DNA of 48,235 nt from Candidatus Bathyarchaeota archaeon (GTDB taxonomy: Archaea; Thermoproteota; Bathyarchaeia; Bathyarchaeales; Bathycorpusculaceae): contig CAVZIW010000014.1 of the NCBI GenBank assembly GCA_963775465.1, forward strand, positions 1 through 48,235, given 5' to 3'. Numbering within the stretch: position 1 is the stretch's first letter; each line of letters starts with the position of its first letter. Below the pieces are notes generated by a model that had not been told where the DNA came from, made no database searches, and saw only the letters and a program-made list of their open reading frames with translations. Shown here in pieces: positions 27,299 to 37,185 of the stretch. A program made the translations under genes and the position numbers.

Positions 27299-27436
27299 CT
27301 AACTCCATATTTGTTTTTCATTACATGAGAACCATGGAGCTGTTTGTTTGTGGAATCGTTGACATGTAGAGTATGAACGATTGAATTGTGGGCACTTGCT
27401 ACATTTAATTGAGTCCTGACTTCTTTGATTTTCCAC
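27299..27436 (-). CDS. 45-aa four-Cys microprotein (different frame from the tracked 27256..27444 ORF)
   Basis: SD AGGTGA, 4 nt, then GTG; MENQRSQDSIKCSKCPQFNRSYSTCQRFHKQTAPWFSCNEKQIWS*, pattern CxxC-x9-C-x12-C. Confidence 0.6.
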   Translation of the reverse strand: MENQRSQDSIKCSKCPQFNRSYSTCQRFHKQTAPWFSCNEKQIWS

Positions 27437-27611
27437 GATGTCACCTACAGAGAAAAACCTCAGATTGCTTATAATGCCTTATTTCTAAAAACGCAATATT
27501 ACCACTATCACCCGACAGCCGAATAAGCAATAAGTGTTCTGATTTTTTCTGCTAGAGAAAAGTTTCTGGTCAAGTGATCCACCAAAAATGATTTTAGTGA
27601 AACTTTAGGAT

Positions 27612-28682
27612 TTATCGATTTCTGGCCTTTTCATAAGCATTTGCGACAGCTTGGTTTGTTAAAACGCCAACCACCTTAAGAGGCTCCTCTTTAGCAACAA
27701 CGGGAACTAAATCCATTTTTTCTCTAATCATTATTTTGTTTGCTTCAAGGATCGATTCATCTTGATGAACTGAGACCTGTTTAAGGGGCATTTTTTCAAC
27801 GCTAAGAACACTGCGTTGTTCGGGTGTGACCTTCATTAATTCTCCCCATGTAATTACTCCTTGAAATATGCCCTCCTTTTCTACCAGTGCATCGTGATAA
27901 CGGTTTTTGAACATTACTTCCAAAGCGTCGGATAGGCTTTGCTGGGGATTTACTGAGCCTATTTCTGACTGCATAACATCTTTAACTCTTACGCCTGCCA
28001 GCGCAGTGGAAACAATTGTTTGTTCTCCTTCTTCGCTGGCGCCGATGTAAACAAAGATGCCGACTAGAATAAGCAAAAAGTAGTTTGGGAAGATAAAACC
28101 TACAATAACCATGCCGATACCTAAAATTCTGCCTATGTAGACTGCGTATCTTGTTGCGTCCGAGAATTTCATTCGTTCCGCAAGCAATGCTCTGAAAACT
28201 CTTCCTCCATCCATTGGGAAAGCCGGTATTAGGTTAAAGACGCCGAGAAGCAAGTTAAGGGAAGCAAGGTCAATAGCAAAGTTTCCTGTTATTGTTGTAA
28301 AGACGCCAAAGTTGAAAAGTTGCGGATAAATAACCAAAGCTGCGGCAAGTAAACCAAAGCCTAGGACTATGCTGGTGAGTGGTCCCGCAATTGCCATCCG
28401 CCATTCTTGTGATGGGTTTTCGGGGATTTCTTCAATTTCTGAGACCCCGCCGATTGGGTATAGAATTATTTTCCGAACCTTAATTCCGTAGTGTCTTGCA
28501 ACCACTGAATGGGCAAGCTCGTGAAAAACTACGAAGACAAACAGAAAAAGCACGATGAAAAAAGTGTAATATTGCTGTGTTGGAAGAGATAGGGCAAACA
28601 CTGCTGCAATTAGCAGTATGAAAGTAAGGTGTAGTTCTATGGGTATCCCCCATATGGAGCCTATCTTGAAGGAATATTTCAT
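27612..28682 (-). CDS. Site-2 (M50) intramembrane metalloprotease with CBS pair
   Basis: HELAH, AIAGP, FNLIPAFPMDGGR, C-terminal tandem CBS domains. Confidence 0.93.
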   Translation of the reverse strand: MKYSFKIGSIWGIPIELHLTFILLIAAVFALSLPTQQYYTFFIVLFLFVFVVFHELAHSVVARHYGIKVRKIILYPIGGVSEIEEIPENPSQEWRMAIAGPLTSIVLGFGLLAAALVIYPQLFNFGVFTTITGNFAIDLASLNLLLGVFNLIPAFPMDGGRVFRALLAERMKFSDATRYAVYIGRILGIGMVIVGFIFPNYFLLILVGIFVYIGASEEGEQTIVSTALAGVRVKDVMQSEIGSVNPQQSLSDALEVMFKNRYHDALVEKEGIFQGVITWGELMKVTPEQRSVLSVEKMPLKQVSVHQDESILEANKIMIREKMDLVPVVAKEEPLKVVGVLTNQAVANAYEKARNR

Positions 28683-28766
28683 GAGTTAAAGGGAATACTG
28701 TAGGCTTTTTAAATTTTCGATTAAACTCATGGTATGTTCTATCTATGGTACAATATAGATATATAA

Positions 28767-29156
28767 TTGGCTGAAGGTAAATTATTGGGAATACTTTTGT
28801 CTGAATTTTTATGGAGTAAACCTGTTTTGAGTTTATATCGAGAGAATAATGAGCAACCAGAAACCGAAGCTTTTGCAGTAATTAAGGCTAATAAGCTGAT
28901 TATTTCAAAATTGGAAAATGGAGGATTCAGCGGTAAGATTGAAGATTTCTTCAGTTTGATGGGGAATTTGGACAAGGTTCAACCCGCCAAGAAGTATGTT
29001 GTCTGCTGGTTTGATGATTCGGTTGAAGATTTTCATGCTGCGTTTAGGCGTCTATCAGGAGTAACCTTTCCCACTGAATTAAAATATGTAACCGACAACC
29101 GAAACAAACGAACCTACAACGCAACTTTCGAAGCTAAACATGCGAAACTAAAATAG
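28767..29156 (+). CDS. Hypothetical protein (129 aa)
   Basis: Clean ORF with protein-like composition filling the gap; no family recognised. Confidence 0.6.
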   Translation: MAEGKLLGILLSEFLWSKPVLSLYRENNEQPETEAFAVIKANKLIISKLENGGFSGKIEDFFSLMGNLDKVQPAKKYVVCWFDDSVEDFHAAFRRLSGVTFPTELKYVTDNRNKRTYNATFEAKHAKLK

Positions 29157-29306
29157 CCACAACAAACCGCTTTGTTTTCAGCCTAAATCAACATCTTAAC
29201 ACTTATTTCTTCTAGATTATGATGTGACTTTAACCTTGAATTTTGCAATTTTTTTAAACTCACTCTTAAATATAACTGCTTAAACTACATTGGTAAGGTC
29301 GGAATC

Positions 29307-29708
29307 ATGGTGGAGCAAAAGTTAAAGGTAACTTTGCTTACAGGTCGCACGATAGAGCAAGGCGTTGGCAAGGAAAAAGGCAAAGCTTCTAAAGAATACT
29401 TTAATGCCTGTTCAATGTGCTACATGGATGCAGACGACATGAAGAATCTTGGCGTCAAGAATAACACTAACATTTTGGTAACAACCCCTGATGGCTCAGT
29501 TGTTCTAAGGGCAGTTAAGTACCCCCGTTCCGCAACTCCAGGGTTGATTTACATTCCTTACGGTCCTTGGGCAAACGCTATTTGCAGCAACAAGACCACA
29601 AGCATAGGTATGCCGTCGTTTAAGGGCACTCCCGCTGAAGTGCAACCTGCTCCAGCCGAAAAAGTTCTCACAATGGAAGAGCTTCTAAAAAGTGAATTTG
29701 GAAGATAG
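29307..29708 (+). CDS. fwdD: Formylmethanofuran dehydrogenase subunit D
   Basis: LLTGRTIEQG, YIPYGPWAN, GMPSFKG. Confidence 0.93.
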   Translation: MVEQKLKVTLLTGRTIEQGVGKEKGKASKEYFNACSMCYMDADDMKNLGVKNNTNILVTTPDGSVVLRAVKYPRSATPGLIYIPYGPWANAICSNKTTSIGMPSFKGTPAEVQPAPAEKVLTMEELLKSEFGR

Positions 29709-29712
29709 AAAA

Positions 29713-31182
29713 ATGTCAATCATTAAATCTGTAACCTGTCCAATCTGCGGCTGTCTCTGCGACGACATTGAATTGACAGTGGAAAAAAATGAAGTTGTTA
29801 AAGTTAGAAACGGCTGCGCAATATGTGAATCTAAATTCATCGGGTATAAGGGTCATCATCGTGTAAAGACGCCGCTCATGCGGAAAGATGGCAAACTGGT
29901 TCCCGTTTCTATGGATGAGGCTGTTCATGCCGCCGCAGAAATTCTTGCGAACGCTAATTATCCCATTCTTTATGGTTGGAGTTCAACCAGCTCTGAAGCT
30001 CAACGTGTCGGTGTTGAGTTAACAGAAGAAGTCGGAGGAATTATGGATAACACCGCTGTAGTTTGTCATGGACCCTCTATTCTTGGTGTTCAAGAGGTTG
30101 GCATTCCAACTTGTACATTGGGGCAGATTAGGCATCGCGCAGATTTGATTATTTACTGGGGCTGTGACCCATGGAGTGCGCACCCAAGGCACCTAGAACG
30201 ATATACTAGCTTCACGGAGGGTCGTTTCGAGAATAGCGAATGGAAAGCGTTCATGCAGAAACTCAAAGCTCAGGCGGGTCAAAAGAAACTTGAAAGCGCA
30301 GCCAGAATAGAAATAGGTTCCACGCATCCAAAACCCCAAACTTGCACTGTACCCGGAATGCCTCAATCTATGAATAAAAGTGGACGTAAACTCATTGTTG
30401 TCGATGTAAGGAAAACCATGTCTGCTGAAATGGCGGATTACTTCATTCAAGTTCAACCAAACAAAGACTACGAGCTAATGCAGGCGTTGCGTGTTCTGGT
30501 TAATGATGGTGAACTTGACGTAGATAGCGTTGCAGGTGTTCCAGTTGAATACCTAAAAGACGTTGCAGATGTATTAGTCAACTGTGAGTTTGGTGTCATC
30601 TTCTTTGGGATGGGTTTGACTCAAACTGCCGGTAAATTCCGTAACATCGAAATCGCAATTCAACTAGTTCGGGACCTCAACTCACGCACAAAATTCACAA
30701 TCATGCCCATGAGAGGGCACTTTAACGTTACTGGTGCTAACGTAGTTTCTGCTTGGCAAAGCGGCTACCCATACGGCGTTGACTTTTCTCTGGGTTACCC
30801 GCGATACAATCCGGGTGAAACAACCTGCATGGATGTGCTTCTGCGAGAAGAAAACGATGCGTCTCTGATTATTGCATCGGACCCTGGGGCGAACTTCCCA
30901 AAGAAAGCCGTTGAGAACATGATTAAACATCCACTCATCGTCATCGACCCACACATGAACGCAACTTCAATGTTAGCTGACATAGTGTTTCCATCTGCGT
31001 TCGTCGGTATAGAAGTTGAAGGTACTGCATACCGAATGGATCATGTTCCCCTTCCGTTAAAGAAAGTAGTTGAACCGCCCAAAGGCGTCTTGTCTGATGA
31101 GGAAATTCTTACAAAAATCCTTGAAGAAGTCAAAGTAATCAAATCATCATCCAAAAAGTCAACTAAAAAGGTTGTATCTTAA
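29713..31182 (+). CDS. fwdB: Formylmethanofuran dehydrogenase subunit B (Cys form)
   Basis: CPICGCLCDD, VCHGPS, CTLGQ..RAD, HPRH, MPMRGHFNV, GTAYRMD. Start at ATG 29713. Confidence 0.95.
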   Translation: MSIIKSVTCPICGCLCDDIELTVEKNEVVKVRNGCAICESKFIGYKGHHRVKTPLMRKDGKLVPVSMDEAVHAAAEILANANYPILYGWSSTSSEAQRVGVELTEEVGGIMDNTAVVCHGPSILGVQEVGIPTCTLGQIRHRADLIIYWGCDPWSAHPRHLERYTSFTEGRFENSEWKAFMQKLKAQAGQKKLESAARIEIGSTHPKPQTCTVPGMPQSMNKSGRKLIVVDVRKTMSAEMADYFIQVQPNKDYELMQALRVLVNDGELDVDSVAGVPVEYLKDVADVLVNCEFGVIFFGMGLTQTAGKFRNIEIAIQLVRDLNSRTKFTIMPMRGHFNVTGANVVSAWQSGYPYGVDFSLGYPRYNPGETTCMDVLLREENDASLIIASDPGANFPKKAVENMIKHPLIVIDPHMNATSMLADIVFPSAFVGIEVEGTAYRMDHVPLPLKKVVEPPKGVLSDEEILTKILEEVKVIKSSSKKSTKKVVS

Positions 31183-31184
31183 AA

Positions 31185-32876
31185 ATGACTGAAGTAATCA
31201 TAAAAAACGGTTTCGTTTTCGATCCTATAAATGGGGTTAAAGGCGAAAAGATGGATATATCCATCAAAAATGGGAAAATTGTTCAAAAAGTAACTCACAA
31301 CGCTAAAGTGATAGATGCAACCGGCTTGACAGTAATGCCCGGAGGCGTCGACATCCACACTCACATTGCGGGCGGAGAAGTTAACACTGGTAGAATGATA
31401 CGACCTGAAGATCATGTTAAAGATACCGTGACCAAAACAGCAATGACTCGTTCAGGAACCGGCTATTCCATCCCTTCCACTTTTGTTACTGGGTACCGCT
31501 ACTCACAGATGGGTTACACAACTGTTATGAACCCATCAATGGCTCCTCTGGAAGCAAAACACACCCATGAAGAACTAAATGACATCCCCCTTGTAGACAA
31601 AGCTACTTATCCATTAGTTGGCGACTGGTGGTTTGTCCTTGAATACCTCAGAAAAGGTGACTTGGAAGAGTGCGCTCGTCATGTCGCATGGATGATGGAT
31701 ATTACCAAAGGCTACGCCATAAAAATTGTCAACCCAGGTGGATTAGAATCCTGGGGTTTTGGACGCAACGTCCACAGTATAGACGACCAGGTTCCTAACT
31801 TCTGCATAACTCCCAGAGAAATCATGGTTGGGTTAGCTAAAGTTAACGAAATGCTCAACTTGCCACACTCTATTCATCTGCATACAAACAACTTGGGGTT
31901 GCCTGGTAACTATTCAACTACATTGGAAACCATGAAGGCGCTTGAAAAAGTCCCCTATCATGGGAAACCAGTTGGGCACATTACTCATTTACAGTTTAGC
32001 AGCTTCGGCGGAGACGGTTGGGGCAACTTCAAATCAGCGGCAGAAGAAATATCAAGTTACATTAACGCCCACAACCACTTGACATTTGACATGGGGCAAA
32101 TTATATTCACCGACACGACGACTATGACTGCTGATGGTCCCTTCGAGTTTACGCTCTACCAGCTAAGTGGTCACAAATGGGTTAACAGCGACGTAGAAAC
32201 TGAGACTAGCGGCGGAATTATCCCATTCCACTATAAGAAAAACAACGCTGTTAACGCCACTCAATGGTCAATTGGTTTGGAACTTGCATTGCTAGTTAAA
32301 GATCCATGGAAAATGATGATGACAACCGACCACCCCAATGCAGGTCCCTTCTTTAGTTACCCAAGAATCCTCGCATGGCTAACGAGCAAAAATGCACGAA
32401 TGGCAACACTCAAAAATTGCAACAAGAAAGCCCAGAAAAAGAGCTTGTTGCCCTCCATCGACAGAGAAATCACGCTATACGAACTTGCAATCATGACCCG
32501 CGCCGCGCAAGCCAAAGCGTTAGGCCTCAAACACAAAGGACACCTAGGTGTTGGCGCGGATGCTGATGTTGCTATCTTTAATATTAACCCTGAAACAACC
32601 GACATAGCCCTCAAATACAAGACAGCCCGCAAAGCCTTCAAGAATGCAGCATACACAATAAAAGACGGCCAAATCGTTGTTAAAGATGGCGAAGTGGTAG
32701 GGCACGCAGACGGCAGAACCATGTGGCTAAACGTTAAGACAGCTGAGCCTTGCCGGATTGACGAGCAGATGAAAAGCAAATTCCATCAATACTGGACTGT
32801 TGACTACGATAATTATCCAGTATCAGATCACTATGTCAAGGTTAAGGACCCCATAACTATCAAAGCGAGCGTCTAG
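31185..32876 (+). CDS. fwdA: Formylmethanofuran dehydrogenase subunit A
   Basis: GGVDIHTHIAG, KIVNPGG, HLHTNNLG, MTADGP, TTDHPNAGPF. Confidence 0.96.
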   Translation: MTEVIIKNGFVFDPINGVKGEKMDISIKNGKIVQKVTHNAKVIDATGLTVMPGGVDIHTHIAGGEVNTGRMIRPEDHVKDTVTKTAMTRSGTGYSIPSTFVTGYRYSQMGYTTVMNPSMAPLEAKHTHEELNDIPLVDKATYPLVGDWWFVLEYLRKGDLEECARHVAWMMDITKGYAIKIVNPGGLESWGFGRNVHSIDDQVPNFCITPREIMVGLAKVNEMLNLPHSIHLHTNNLGLPGNYSTTLETMKALEKVPYHGKPVGHITHLQFSSFGGDGWGNFKSAAEEISSYINAHNHLTFDMGQIIFTDTTTMTADGPFEFTLYQLSGHKWVNSDVETETSGGIIPFHYKKNNAVNATQWSIGLELALLVKDPWKMMMTTDHPNAGPFFSYPRILAWLTSKNARMATLKNCNKKAQKKSLLPSIDREITLYELAIMTRAAQAKALGLKHKGHLGVGADADVAIFNINPETTDIALKYKTARKAFKNAAYTIKDGQIVVKDGEVVGHADGRTMWLNVKTAEPCRIDEQMKSKFHQYWTVDYDNYPVSDHYVKVKDPITIKASV

Positions 32877-32878
32877 AA

Positions 32879-33694
32879 ATGATAGTCCTCTCTCCACTTA
32901 GAAAATTCACCTATCCAATCACAGCAGAATGCATAAACCCCGATGTTTTCCAGGGCAAAGACACCTCAGAAATAGCTAAATTGCCAGTATTTGAAGGAAA
33001 CAAACCAAAAGCACTTAGTGACCTTTTCAAAGTTGAAAAAGGCAATTTGGACACCCCGACAATAACCATTAATGGAGACGTGAGTGAAGTCCGCAGAATA
33101 GGCATTGGCATGAAAAATGGTGAGATAATTATCAACGGCAACGTTGGTATGCATCTTGGCGAGAAGATGGGGGGTGGAAAAATTACTGTTAACGGGAACG
33201 CTAGTCAATGGGCAGGCTGCTCAATGAAGAAAGGCACCATTGAAATTCATGGTAACGCAGGCGACTACTTAGCTTCCCCATACCGCGGCAGTACCGATGG
33301 CATGAAGGGCGGCAAAATCGTTGTCGACGGCGATGTTGGTGCTGATTCAGGCTGTTACTTGCAAGGCGGATTAATCAAAATAAAAGGCAACAATACAGGT
33401 CAATTTCTCGGTTTCCATATGAGCAAAGGAACAATTCACGTTGAAAAAAACGCTTCTACAAGGCTGGGCGCAAACATGACTGGTGGAAAAATTATTGTTT
33501 CAGGTACCTTGGAAGAATTAATGCCGAGTTTCACAATTGACAGCGTAAAAGCTAAAGTCAAAGTCGACGAAACCGAATCTGCAGCTGGACCATTCTATGT
33601 GTTTTTGGGCGATCTTGCCGAGAAAGGCACTGGAAAAATTTTTGCCTCCAAGGCCAATAATCCGCATCTAAAATCATATGAAAAATACCTTTAG
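32879..33694 (+). CDS. fwdC: Formylmethanofuran dehydrogenase subunit C
   Basis: AECINPD, EGNK...L.DLF, repeated GxxMxGGxIxVxG beta-helix, GDLAE.G.G. Confidence 0.95.
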   Translation: MIVLSPLRKFTYPITAECINPDVFQGKDTSEIAKLPVFEGNKPKALSDLFKVEKGNLDTPTITINGDVSEVRRIGIGMKNGEIIINGNVGMHLGEKMGGGKITVNGNASQWAGCSMKKGTIEIHGNAGDYLASPYRGSTDGMKGGKIVVDGDVGADSGCYLQGGLIKIKGNNTGQFLGFHMSKGTIHVEKNASTRLGANMTGGKIIVSGTLEELMPSFTIDSVKAKVKVDETESAAGPFYVFLGDLAEKGTGKIFASKANNPHLKSYEKYL

Positions 33695-33757
33695 ATTCGC
33701 TTGTTTTTCAAGCTAAAGCCCTATATTTTAACTTCCAATAATTTAAGATAGTAATAG

Positions 33758-34555
33758 GTGTCGCCGATGGTTAGTCAAGTTTACATAGAAAAGATCGACT
33801 TATCAACAGGCAAAAAGAACAAAATTGTCGACTACATTGCGGAAGAAATACCTCTGCAACTTTTTGTCAACTCAACTTTTTGGGCAACTATTTTGTGTAC
33901 TCCATCTAACCTTAAAGAACTTGCTGTGGGGCACCTGCTGAGCGAAGGCATTATAAAATCTATCCAGGAAATAGAAGATATAATCCTTAAAGAAAAAGAG
34001 AGTACTTGCATAGTTAAACTCGATCCAAAAGTCAATGTTGAGAGTCGAATAAGCATTTCGAGACTTCACACTCGCGTCATTGCATCTGCATGTGGCAGTG
34101 GCTCACCTTATCAATATAAAGGCAAAACACCGTTTGTTGACTCCAAATTGAAGGTTAAAGCGCAAGTTATTTTTGAGAGTGTTAATCAGCTTAACTTCAA
34201 AGCTGAAGGCTTTAGGCAAACAGGTGGTTTGCATGTAGCGGCAATCTACAAGGCTGACGGCTCGATGTTAGCTTTGGCGGAGGACGTTGGCAGACACAAC
34301 GCTGTGGACAAAGTAATCGGAATGACCGCTTTGAATAAGGTTGATTTTGCTGAATGCTTTTTGACTTTATCTGGACGCATGTCTGGTGATGTGGCTTTCA
34401 AAGCTGCAAAGGTCGGTTTACCAATAATAGCTTCTTTAGCGGCAGCGCTTTCTTCAGGAATCGCAACAGCTGAAGAATCAAACGTTACTTTAGCAGGTTT
34501 TGTACGTGGAAAACGATTAAATGTTTACACATCGCCTGAACGGATAATTATTTGA
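33758..34555 (+). CDS. fdhD: Formate dehydrogenase accessory sulfurtransferase FdhD
   Basis: EEIPL, CTP...ELAVG.L.SEG, SACG, QTGGLHVA, EDVGRHNAVDK, SGR, GFVRG. Confidence 0.93.
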   Translation: MSPMVSQVYIEKIDLSTGKKNKIVDYIAEEIPLQLFVNSTFWATILCTPSNLKELAVGHLLSEGIIKSIQEIEDIILKEKESTCIVKLDPKVNVESRISISRLHTRVIASACGSGSPYQYKGKTPFVDSKLKVKAQVIFESVNQLNFKAEGFRQTGGLHVAAIYKADGSMLALAEDVGRHNAVDKVIGMTALNKVDFAECFLTLSGRMSGDVAFKAAKVGLPIIASLAAALSSGIATAEESNVTLAGFVRGKRLNVYTSPERIII

Positions 34556-35557
34556 TTTGTTTTTGGCACCATGATGCGTCGGATTTTGCTCTTTCTCCAA
34601 GAAGATAGCAATAGTTTTGATCGAAAATTTTTGCTTCTGCGTTATAGTTTTTTGCGGCTTTCAGAAAAGCATCTTTATTTTGTTTCGTTGATGCTGGTAG
34701 GCTTTTGGCTTGGTGCTCACGACTCAAAGCAGCCCAAAAATGAAGTTCCTTTCTCTCCAATCTATCCGCGCAACTTGCAAACATTTCCGATGAATCCAAA
34801 AATTCTTTTTTGCCTCTTTTTTTAGAAGCTTCCAATAGTTGTGGGATCTCTTCCAGAGGGGGCTCTCCTAGGTTTAACCGTAAGTTTGCAGCCATTGAAC
34901 CTTGTCCTTGGCGAGGTTTTAGCAGTTCTTAAATCTTGTTGAGAATTAATATTAACAAAGCTTTTCAATTTGGGATCCAACATTTTGATATCTCCAAGCG
35001 GCGAAACAAACAATGTTCTTAACGTACCTCTGATGATGTCGTCGGGATGCGAGCGTCCTAAATGGCAGAGTAAATCGGTGATTCTAAAGCAGACTTTTCT
35101 GGAAAGAACCATGAGTAACGTTTCAAGTCTGCCGTTTGGCCACATCGGAACAGCAACATAGGAATCTTCTATTTTGGTAAAAAGATATTCAGCTACTTTT
35201 TGGTCAAGCATAGGTACATCGGCGGGAACTGTTAGATAATAATCTGCTTTGACAGTTTTTAGTCCAGTATAAATCGCAATCAACGGTCCGCTTAAACCAT
35301 TAATTTTCAGATCCGTAGCTAAACTTACCTTTGGAGCATCAAAAGCTGCCAAAACTTTACCATATTCTATTTTGCGTGCCTCTTCATTTACAACAACGAT
35401 GACCTCATCTACAACCTCACTTATGCTTTCAACAGCTGAGAACTAGGAGAGGTTTACCCCATAACTCTGCGAGCGCTTTATCTTGCCACTTACCGTTTGT
35501 TGTCTGAAACCTTTGTCCTTTTCCCCCAGCAAGAACGATTGCAGCTCGCTTATTCAT
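34548..35557 (-). pseudogene. mobA: MobA-like Moco guanylyltransferase with a helical C-terminal extension; two +1 frameshifts (near 35440 and 34929)
   Basis: ATG 35557 MNKRAAIVLAGGKGQRF..DKALAELWGKPLL, then GPL..IYTGL, PADVP, SFVNINS..DL, then a roughly 120-aa helical tail. Confidence 0.78.
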
Positions 35558-35598
35558 CTAATAACCTTGCATAGGTAAACCACCGCGGTTTATCTAAT

Positions 35599-36153
35599 TT
35601 ACTTGACCAAATCTTTTCTTTTTGTCACTAATAGTTTTTTGACCAAATCAAGAAGCTGGGCTCTTTCATCAGGCAAATTTATGAAAGGGATGCTACTTGT
35701 TTTTTGCTTGTTTTTTGCAATCAACCCAGTTATTGCCAAGATTGGAGGAACGCTATTGCTGAGCGTTTTATCTAGATCTTCATTTGTCTTAGCTGTAATA
35801 ATTTTTGTTATATCTGGTCGTTTAGAAATGTAACCGTGAAAACCCTCGATGAATATAATGTCAAGTAACTCATTCTCTAAATGTTTTATTACCTTATCCA
35901 AATTTTCAATTGAAGCTTTAGTTTTTTCTATAATCGCAATTTCGTCAGGTGAAACAGCGACAGTAATCTTGCTGCCTGCTTTGCTGAAGCGCCAGGTGTT
36001 TGTGCCTTCTTTGTCGATAGTGAAGTTTTCTCGGTGAATATGTTTGATTGCGCCAACTTTGTAGCCCATTTCTGTTAGCCTGGAAATTAAGAATTCTACT
36101 GTGGTGGTTTTTCCTGAACCGCTTATTCCCACTGCAGCGATTAACACAACCAT
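35599..36153 (-). CDS. mobB: Molybdopterin-guanine dinucleotide biosynthesis protein B
   Basis: GISGSGKTT, VGAIKHIH..FTIDKEGTNTWRF..AG, DIIFIEGF. Confidence 0.93.
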   Translation of the reverse strand: MVVLIAAVGISGSGKTTTVEFLISRLTEMGYKVGAIKHIHRENFTIDKEGTNTWRFSKAGSKITVAVSPDEIAIIEKTKASIENLDKVIKHLENELLDIIFIEGFHGYISKRPDITKIITAKTNEDLDKTLSNSVPPILAITGLIAKNKQKTSSIPFINLPDERAQLLDLVKKLLVTKRKDLVK

Positions 36154-36255
36154 TCAGATGTGCCCTCGTTTGAACTATCGAGGGCGGTTTAATAAATGCC
36201 TCGATAATAGGCTAATTAAGATTTTTTTTAAAAAACTCGCCGATAAGAACTTTTT

Positions 36256-37056
36256 TTATTTGCTTTTTATGTAAGTAACGTTGAAGCTTGAGCCTTCGGA
36301 GCTAAGTCCTGAAATAGCTGTCAATTGTGTGGCTTGCTGGTTGGTCATTGCTATTTTTGAAGAGGTGAAATTACCGATTGGCCCGACTGTATTTGTCAGA
36401 TTGATAAAGCAGTTGCTAAATGTGAGGGTTCCAAAGTTTGCTAGGGTGCTGGTTTGGTTTCTTATGGTTGGTCTTTCAATTATCCATTCCCCTGAGGATT
36501 GGGTAGAATTATAGGCGATATTCTTGCTGAAAGTTTGGCCATTAGCAAGATCACTCAACTGAATACTCCAAACATTTGAGGTTGAGTTAATCAAAGAAAT
36601 AGAAGCAAGAACAGTGTCTCCAGGATTAATTTCTAAGTTGGGTATTGTTATTGAAAAATCAGGCAAAATTTCATACCACGCATAGTAGGTTGCTATTTGA
36701 TTGGACGCGTCATGTTCAGTTCCAACTTGAATTAAGGTTTTATCGCTTTGTCCTCCTATTCCAATCCATGCGGAAGAATAGCCGTTTGTAGTTGATGCGT
36801 TCACTTGGGGTACAGTCCATTGCCCCGTAATTGAATCGATGGGTTGTTTTTGGTTGAATGCTTTGGTTACTATAAATCCAGACCAGCTCAGGCTTCTTAT
36901 TGTTGAACTTTCTGGGTCTCCACTGAAGGACTCGCTGAGAAATGAGAGAAATAATAGTGTGAACATCACCAAAACTAGCCAGAGCGCCAATAGCAGAATG
37001 AAACGTTTTCTAATTTTGTTAGTTGCATGTCGAATAATTATTTCCCTATCTCCCAA
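36256..37056 (-). CDS. Membrane-anchored family G1 glutamic endopeptidase
   Basis: SWSGF, WTVP, SAWIGIGG, LIQVGT (catalytic Gln), YAWYE, SGEWIIERP (catalytic Glu), LANFGT..F. Confidence 0.85.
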   Translation of the reverse strand: MGDREIIIRHATNKIRKRFILLLALWLVLVMFTLLFLSFLSESFSGDPESSTIRSLSWSGFIVTKAFNQKQPIDSITGQWTVPQVNASTTNGYSSAWIGIGGQSDKTLIQVGTEHDASNQIATYYAWYEILPDFSITIPNLEINPGDTVLASISLINSTSNVWSIQLSDLANGQTFSKNIAYNSTQSSGEWIIERPTIRNQTSTLANFGTLTFSNCFINLTNTVGPIGNFTSSKIAMTNQQATQLTAISGLSSEGSSFNVTYIKSK

Positions 37057-37185
37057 AAAATTGTTTAGTTCGAAACATTAAAAACAATCTAGTTTTTATG
37101 TTGATAGCTTGAAAAATAAAGGTTTTGATGTATTGATAAATGAGCTTATTTTTATTTGATTTTTCAGAACAACAAGCACACTTAA

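Noticed and set aside
27256-27444. Tracked 62-aa ORF
   Set aside because: Its GTG lies within the SD of a better four-Cys frame at 27436.
29713-31182. Selenocysteine in FwdB
   Set aside because: The active-site codon is TGT (Cys) and there is no in-frame TGA.
17135-35445. AGTTC/GAACT motif at three frameshift sites as a recoding or methylation signal
   Set aside because: The two DUF389 shifts lack it, and the 5-mer occurs many times in unbroken genes.
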